From: Candidatus Latescibacterota bacterium
GTDB lineage: Bacteria > Latescibacterota > UBA2968 > UBA8231
Assembly: GCA_965242865.1 (NCBI GenBank)
Contig: CBDETK010000013.1
Location: 928,001 to 992,000 of the forward strand
DNA: 64,000 nucleotides
Reading direction: 5' to 3'
Below the pieces are notes generated by a model. That model did no database searches. It was given only the letters and a program-made list of their open reading frames with translations, and was not told the DNA's origin. Numbering within the stretch: the first letter of the stretch is position 1; each line of letters begins with the position of its first letter. The position numbers and the translations under genes are program-made. Shown here piece after piece: positions 59,310-64,000 of this stretch.

Positions 59310-59966
59310 ATGGCTCAAGTATTCCCGCGCAGCGCCAACTGGGCTTCTAAGGCCAGCATCCTCGTCGGCCTCGTCCTAGTCGGCAGTATCCTCGGTATCG
59401 TCCTCAACATCAATCGCATTTACTTCGTCAACCAAGTCAACGTGCCCGTTGACCAGCCCGTTCCCTTCAGCCACAAACACCACGTCACCGGCATGGGGAT
59501 CGACTGCCGCTATTGCCATACCACCGTCGAGGAAAGTGCTTTTGCCGGCATTCCCCCGACCGAAACCTGCATGACCTGTCACTCGCAAATCTGGACCGAA
59601 GCACCCATCCTCGAACCGGTGCGCGCCAGCTTCCGCGACGGCGTGCCCATCAAATGGAATCGCGTCCACGACTTGCCGGACTTCACCTATTTCAACCACA
59701 GCATCCACGTCAACCAAGGTATTGGCTGCCAGTCCTGTCACGGCCAAGTCGATCAAATGCCCCTGATATGGAAAGCCGAATCCCTGAATATGGAGTGGTG
59801 TCTCGATTGCCACCGCGACCCCGCCCAGTACATCCGCCCCCGCGACCAAGTCTTTAACATGAACTACCAGTATCCAGCCGACCAAGAACGCTTGGGGGCG
59901 CAACTCGTCGCCGAATACGATGTGCAGACCAGTCAACTCACCAACTGCTCTATCTGCCACCGCTAA
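59310..59966 (+). CDS. actA: Alternative complex III pentaheme cytochrome c subunit
   Basis: N-terminal TM helix, QPVPFSHKHH, five CXXCH motifs. Confidence 0.92.
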   Translation: MAQVFPRSANWASKASILVGLVLVGSILGIVLNINRIYFVNQVNVPVDQPVPFSHKHHVTGMGIDCRYCHTTVEESAFAGIPPTETCMTCHSQIWTEAPILEPVRASFRDGVPIKWNRVHDLPDFTYFNHSIHVNQGIGCQSCHGQVDQMPLIWKAESLNMEWCLDCHRDPAQYIRPRDQVFNMNYQYPADQERLGAQLVAEYDVQTSQLTNCSICHR

Positions 59967-59974
59967 CCGCTAAT

Positions 59975-62956
59975 ATGGAAACCAGAAAAAACATCGATCT
60001 CTCGGCCCTCCGCTCCCGTCTCAAAGCCGCCCAAGGCCCCGAGTACTGGCGCAGCCTAGACCAACTGGCGCAGACCGAAGAATTTGCCGCCATGGTCCAG
60101 CGCGAGTTCCCCGAGCAAGCGGCCGAGTTGAAGGATCCGGTCAGTCGGCGGAATTTTCTCAAGCTGATGAGCGCATCGCTGGCACTGGGCGGGCTTTCGG
60201 GCTGCACGATTCAACCCAGCGAAAAAATCGTCCCCCAAGTTCGGGTGCCCGAAGACGTCGTTCCCGGCAAGCCCCAGTACTTTGCCTCGGCCGCCTCGCT
60301 CGGCGGCATCGGCACGGGCATCCTAGTCGAGAGCCATCAGGGGCGACCGACCAAAATTGAGGGCAATCCCGAGCATCCCTCCGGCAGCCGAGGCTCCAAC
60401 GCGCTCGTCCAAGCTTCGATTCTCGACCTCTACGACCCGGACCGGTCGCAAACGGTCAAAAACGCCGGTCGCATCAGCACTTGGAACATCTTCCTAGCCG
60501 ATCTGACGCAGCGGCTGAGCTCACACGAGGCCAACGGCGGGGCCGGCCTGCGCCTCCTGACCCAGACGGTGACTTCCCCGACCCTCGGGCACCAGTTGCA
60601 GGCCCTGCGGGCCAAATTCCCCCAAGCCCAGTGGCACCAGTACGAACCTGTTAATCGCGACAACGCCCGCGCTGGAGCGCAAATGGCCTTTGGCCAGCCG
60701 GTGCATGCGTTTTACGACCTAGCCAACGCTAAGGTGATTCTATCGCTGGACGCGGACTTTACCTACAGCACTCCCGGCAATGTCCGCCACGCTCGGGACC
60801 TAGCGGCCGGCCGCCGCTTTCACAACAACGCCCAAGCCAGCAATCGGCTCTATGCGGTCGAGAGCAGTCCAACGGCTACGGGCAGCGTAGCCGATCACCG
60901 CTGGGCGCTGGGCACGGCGCATATCGAAGCCTTGGCCCTAAAGGTGGCGCAAGGGCTTGGCATCGGCTGGGAGGGGCCGAGCGTTCCCGCCGACTTCTCC
61001 GCGCACGACGCTTGGATTGCCGCCCTAATTGACGACCTAAAAGCCCACCGCGGTCAAAGCCTGGTGCTCGCCGGCGACCAGCAAGCTCCGGCCGTCCACG
61101 CTTTGGCCCATGCGATCAACCACGCCCTAGGCAATGCGGGTGCCACCGTCCACTACACTGACCCCGTCGAAGTCGAGTCGGTTGATCAGCGCGAGTCGCT
61201 AGCCGCTTTAGTCGCCGACATGAAGGCCGGCCAAGTCGAGTCTTTGTTCATCCTCGGCGGCAATCCAGTGTACGACGCACCCGTGGATCTCGACTTGGCG
61301 GCCGCGCTCGACCAGGTCGGCTACCGCGTCCACCTCGGCCTGTACGACAACGAAACGTCGGAACGCTGCCACTGGCACATCCCAGAATCTCACTTTCTCG
61401 AAGCGTGGAGCGACACCCGCGCCCACGACGGGCTCGCCACAATTGTCCAGCCGCTGATTCGCCCGCTCTACAAAACCAAATCAGCGCACGACTGCTTGGC
61501 GGTCCTCACCGGCCAGCCCGGGGTCCCCGATCGCGAAATCGTGCGCCAGTACTGGGCGGACCAAGGGCTCGATGCGGCGGCTTGGCGTCGCGCCCTGCAC
61601 GACGGCTTTGTCGCCGGTGCCCGCCCCCAAGCCCAAGCCGCCCCCCTAGGGCCGCTGCGGCTGCCGGCAACGACCGGACGCCTTCCCGCCGAAGAAGACC
61701 TCGAAATCCACTTTCGGCCCGATCCCATGGTGTGGGACGGCCGCTTTACCAACAACGCTTGGCTCCAAGAGACCCCCAAGCCCATCACCAAGCTCACTTG
61801 GGACAACGCCGTCCTCGTCAGCCCGGCCACGGCCGAGCACCTGCGGCTCAAGAGCGAATTCCTCGCCGAACTGCGCTTTGACGGGCGGGTGCTCAAGGCC
61901 GCGGTGTGGGTCGTGCCCGGCCAAGCCGACGGCGTCGCCACCTTGCACTTGGGCTACGGACAAAAGCGCAGCGGCCGCATCGGGCGCGACGCCGGCTTCA
62001 ACGCTTATGCCCTGCGGCCTACGGCGGCCCTGTGGAGCGGCGTCGGCCTCCAACTCAGCGGCTCCTACGACCGCTATCGCCTCGCCTGCACGCAAGACCA
62101 TCACAACATGGAAGGCCGCAACCTCGTGCGCCAAGCCTCGCTGGACTACTACCAAGCGCATCCGCACTTTGCCCACGAGGGCGTCCACGACCCGCCCGAT
62201 GACTTGACCCTGCACAACCGCACGGATCACCAGTACACAGGCTATGCTTGGGGCATGGTGATCGATCTAGGCTCCTGCATCGGCTGCAATGCGTGTGCAA
62301 CGGCCTGCCAAGCCGAAAACAACATCCCCATCGTGGGCAAGGACGAAGTCCTCAACGGCCGCGAAATGTCTTGGATTCGCGTCGATCGCTACTACAAGGG
62401 GGCGCTCGACCGCCCCGAGATCGCGCACCAGCCCGTGCCCTGCATGCAGTGCGAAAACGCCCCTTGCGAGCTGGTCTGCCCGGTCGCGGCGACGACCCAC
62501 AGCGACGAGGGCCTCAACGACATGGTGTACAATCGCTGCGTGGGCACCCGCTACTGCGCCAACAACTGCCCCTACAAGGTTCGGCGCTTCAACTTCCTCC
62601 AATACGCCGACCGCGATACCGAAAGCCTAAAATTGCAGCGCAATCCAGACGTCACCACCCGCGCCCGCGGCGTCATGGAAAAATGCACGTACTGCGTCCA
62701 GCGCATCAATCAAGCGCGCATTGAGGCCAAAAAGGCCAAGCGCCCCATCGGCGATGGCGAGATCGCCACCGCCTGCGAGCAAGCCTGTCCCACCGAGTCC
62801 ATCGTCTTCGGGGACATCAACGACCCCGAAAGCCGCGTCTCCGCGCTCAAGGCATCTCCGCTCAACTACGGCATCCTCACCGAGCTGAACACGCGCCCCC
62901 GCACCACGTACTTAGCCGGCATCAAAAACCCCAATCCAAAAATCGCCGAGGCTTAG
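59975..62956 (+). CDS. actB: Alternative complex III subunit B (molybdopterin-oxidoreductase-like plus Fe-S domains)
   Basis: YWRSL, Tat motif [38 protein letters not shown]. Confidence 0.93.
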   Translation: METRKNIDLSALRSRLKAAQGPEYWRSLDQLAQTEEFAAMVQREFPEQAAELKDPVSRRNFLKLMSASLALGGLSGCTIQPSEKIVPQVRVPEDVVPGKPQYFASAASLGGIGTGILVESHQGRPTKIEGNPEHPSGSRGSNALVQASILDLYDPDRSQTVKNAGRISTWNIFLADLTQRLSSHEANGGAGLRLLTQTVTSPTLGHQLQALRAKFPQAQWHQYEPVNRDNARAGAQMAFGQPVHAFYDLANAKVILSLDADFTYSTPGNVRHARDLAAGRRFHNNAQASNRLYAVESSPTATGSVADHRWALGTAHIEALALKVAQGLGIGWEGPSVPADFSAHDAWIAALIDDLKAHRGQSLVLAGDQQAPAVHALAHAINHALGNAGATVHYTDPVEVESVDQRESLAALVADMKAGQVESLFILGGNPVYDAPVDLDLAAALDQVGYRVHLGLYDNETSERCHWHIPESHFLEAWSDTRAHDGLATIVQPLIRPLYKTKSAHDCLAVLTGQPGVPDREIVRQYWADQGLDAAAWRRALHDGFVAGARPQAQAAPLGPLRLPATTGRLPAEEDLEIHFRPDPMVWDGRFTNNAWLQETPKPITKLTWDNAVLVSPATAEHLRLKSEFLAELRFDGRVLKAAVWVVPGQADGVATLHLGYGQKRSGRIGRDAGFNAYALRPTAALWSGVGLQLSGSYDRYRLACTQDHHNMEGRNLVRQASLDYYQAHPHFAHEGVHDPPDDLTLHNRTDHQYTGYAWGMVIDLGSCIGCNACATACQAENNIPIVGKDEVLNGREMSWIRVDRYYKGALDRPEIAHQPVPCMQCENAPCELVCPVAATTHSDEGLNDMVYNRCVGTRYCANNCPYKVRRFNFLQYADRDTESLKLQRNPDVTTRARGVMEKCTYCVQRINQARIEAKKAKRPIGDGEIATACEQACPTESIVFGDINDPESRVSALKASPLNYGILTELNTRPRTTYLAGIKNPNPKIAEA

Positions 62957-62957
62957 C

Positions 62958-64000
62958 ATGTCCGAAACTGCGAAAACGCCTTACCGCCCCCCAGTGTCGG
63001 AACTCGGCCCGAGCCAGACTTCGTACACCTCCATCACCGACAAAATCAGCGGAATCGTCCTGACCAAAAACACGCCGCTGGCGTGGTTTCTTTGCTTTGC
63101 TTTGGGCTTTTTGCTGCTGCACGGGCTCATGATCGGCGTTCCCTACCTGCTCTTTGAGGGCGTGGGCATCTGGGGCATCAACAATCCGGTCGGCTGGGGG
63201 TGGGCCATCATCAACTTTGTCTGGTGGATCGGCATCGGCCACGCCGGCACCCTGATCTCGGCGATTCTACTGTTGTTCCGGCAGCGGTGGCGCACCTCGA
63301 TCAACCGCGCGGCCGAGGCCATGACCATCTTTGCCGTGCTCTGCGCTGCCCAGTTTCCGCTCTTTCACACCGGGCGGCCTTGGCTGGCCTGCTACTGGCT
63401 GTTGCCCTATCCCAACTCCATGGACCTCTGGCCGCAATTCCGCAGCCCCCTGATCTGGGACGTCTTCGCGGTCTCGACCTATCTGACCGTGTCGCTGGTC
63501 TTTTGGTTCGTCGGCTTAGTTCCCGACTTAGCGAGCCTGCGCGACCGCGCCAAAAACCGCCTAGCCCAAGTGCTCTACGGCGTCCTCGCGCTGGGCTGGC
63601 GCGGCTCGGCCATTCACTGGGAGCGCTACGAAATGGCGTCCCTGTTGCTGGCCGGCCTCTCCACGCCCCTGGTGCTCTCGGTCCACAGCGTCGTCAGTTT
63701 CGACTTTGCCGTCGGCCTGATACCCGGCTGGCACACGACCATATTCCCCCCCTACTTCGTCGCCGGGGCCATCTATGCGGGCTTTGCCATGGTCCTGACC
63801 TTGATGATCCCCATGCGCCTCATCTATGGATTGGACGACTTCATAACCGAGCGCCACCTCAACAACATGGCCAAAGTCATGCTGGCGTCCGGGCTGATCG
63901 TGGGATATGGCTACTTCATGGAGCAATTCATAGCCTGGTACAGCGCCAGTGTCTTTGAGGGCTATATGATGGAAAACCGCATGCACGGCCCGTACGGCCC
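62958..64000 (+). CDS. actC: Alternative complex III subunit C (NrfD/PsrC family), runs off the window
   Basis: Manual translation: [33 protein letters not shown]...[12 protein letters not shown]...HTGRPW. Confidence 0.93.
   Translation, partial: MSETAKTPYRPPVSELGPSQTSYTSITDKISGIVLTKNTPLAWFLCFALGFLLLHGLMIGVPYLLFEGVGIWGINNPVGWGWAIINFVWWIGIGHAGTLISAILLLFRQRWRTSINRAAEAMTIFAVLCAAQFPLFHTGRPWLACYWLLPYPNSMDLWPQFRSPLIWDVFAVSTYLTVSLVFWFVGLVPDLASLRDRAKNRLAQVLYGVLALGWRGSAIHWERYEMASLLLAGLSTPLVLSVHSVVSFDFAVGLIPGWHTTIFPPYFVAGAIYAGFAMVLTLMIPMRLIYGLDDFITERHLNNMAKVMLASGLIVGYGYFMEQFIAWYSASVFEGYMMENRMHGPYG

Overview
GC-rich bacterial chromosomal segment, mostly core genes on the minus strand: leuS, asnS, the pnp-rpsO-truB-rbfA-infB-nusA-rimP cluster, der, miaA, rqcH, valS, hemL, gcvT/P, coaE, clpX, holA, rph and smpB. 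It also holds clpP (plus strand), three tRNAs and the start of an alternative complex III operon (actABC). The lineage looks FCB/Latescibacterota-like (inference only). The main observation is three 28-bp XerCD dif-like sites in the same orientation (546-573, 4485-4512, 18958-18985). Site 1 lies just downstream of a tyrosine recombinase gene. Sites 2 and 3 fill the asnS|leuS and rqcH|miaA intergenic gaps, and their XerD-type arm supplies the ATG start codon of leuS and miaA. Other points: ribF is reduced to a kinase-only gene with an archaeal RibL-type FAD synthase elsewhere; rimP lacks an in-frame canonical start; a DnaC-like ATPase sits between smpB and rph; several proteins have unusual extra domains; and there are small accessory inserts. 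All calls come from reading the sequence by eye; no searches were run.
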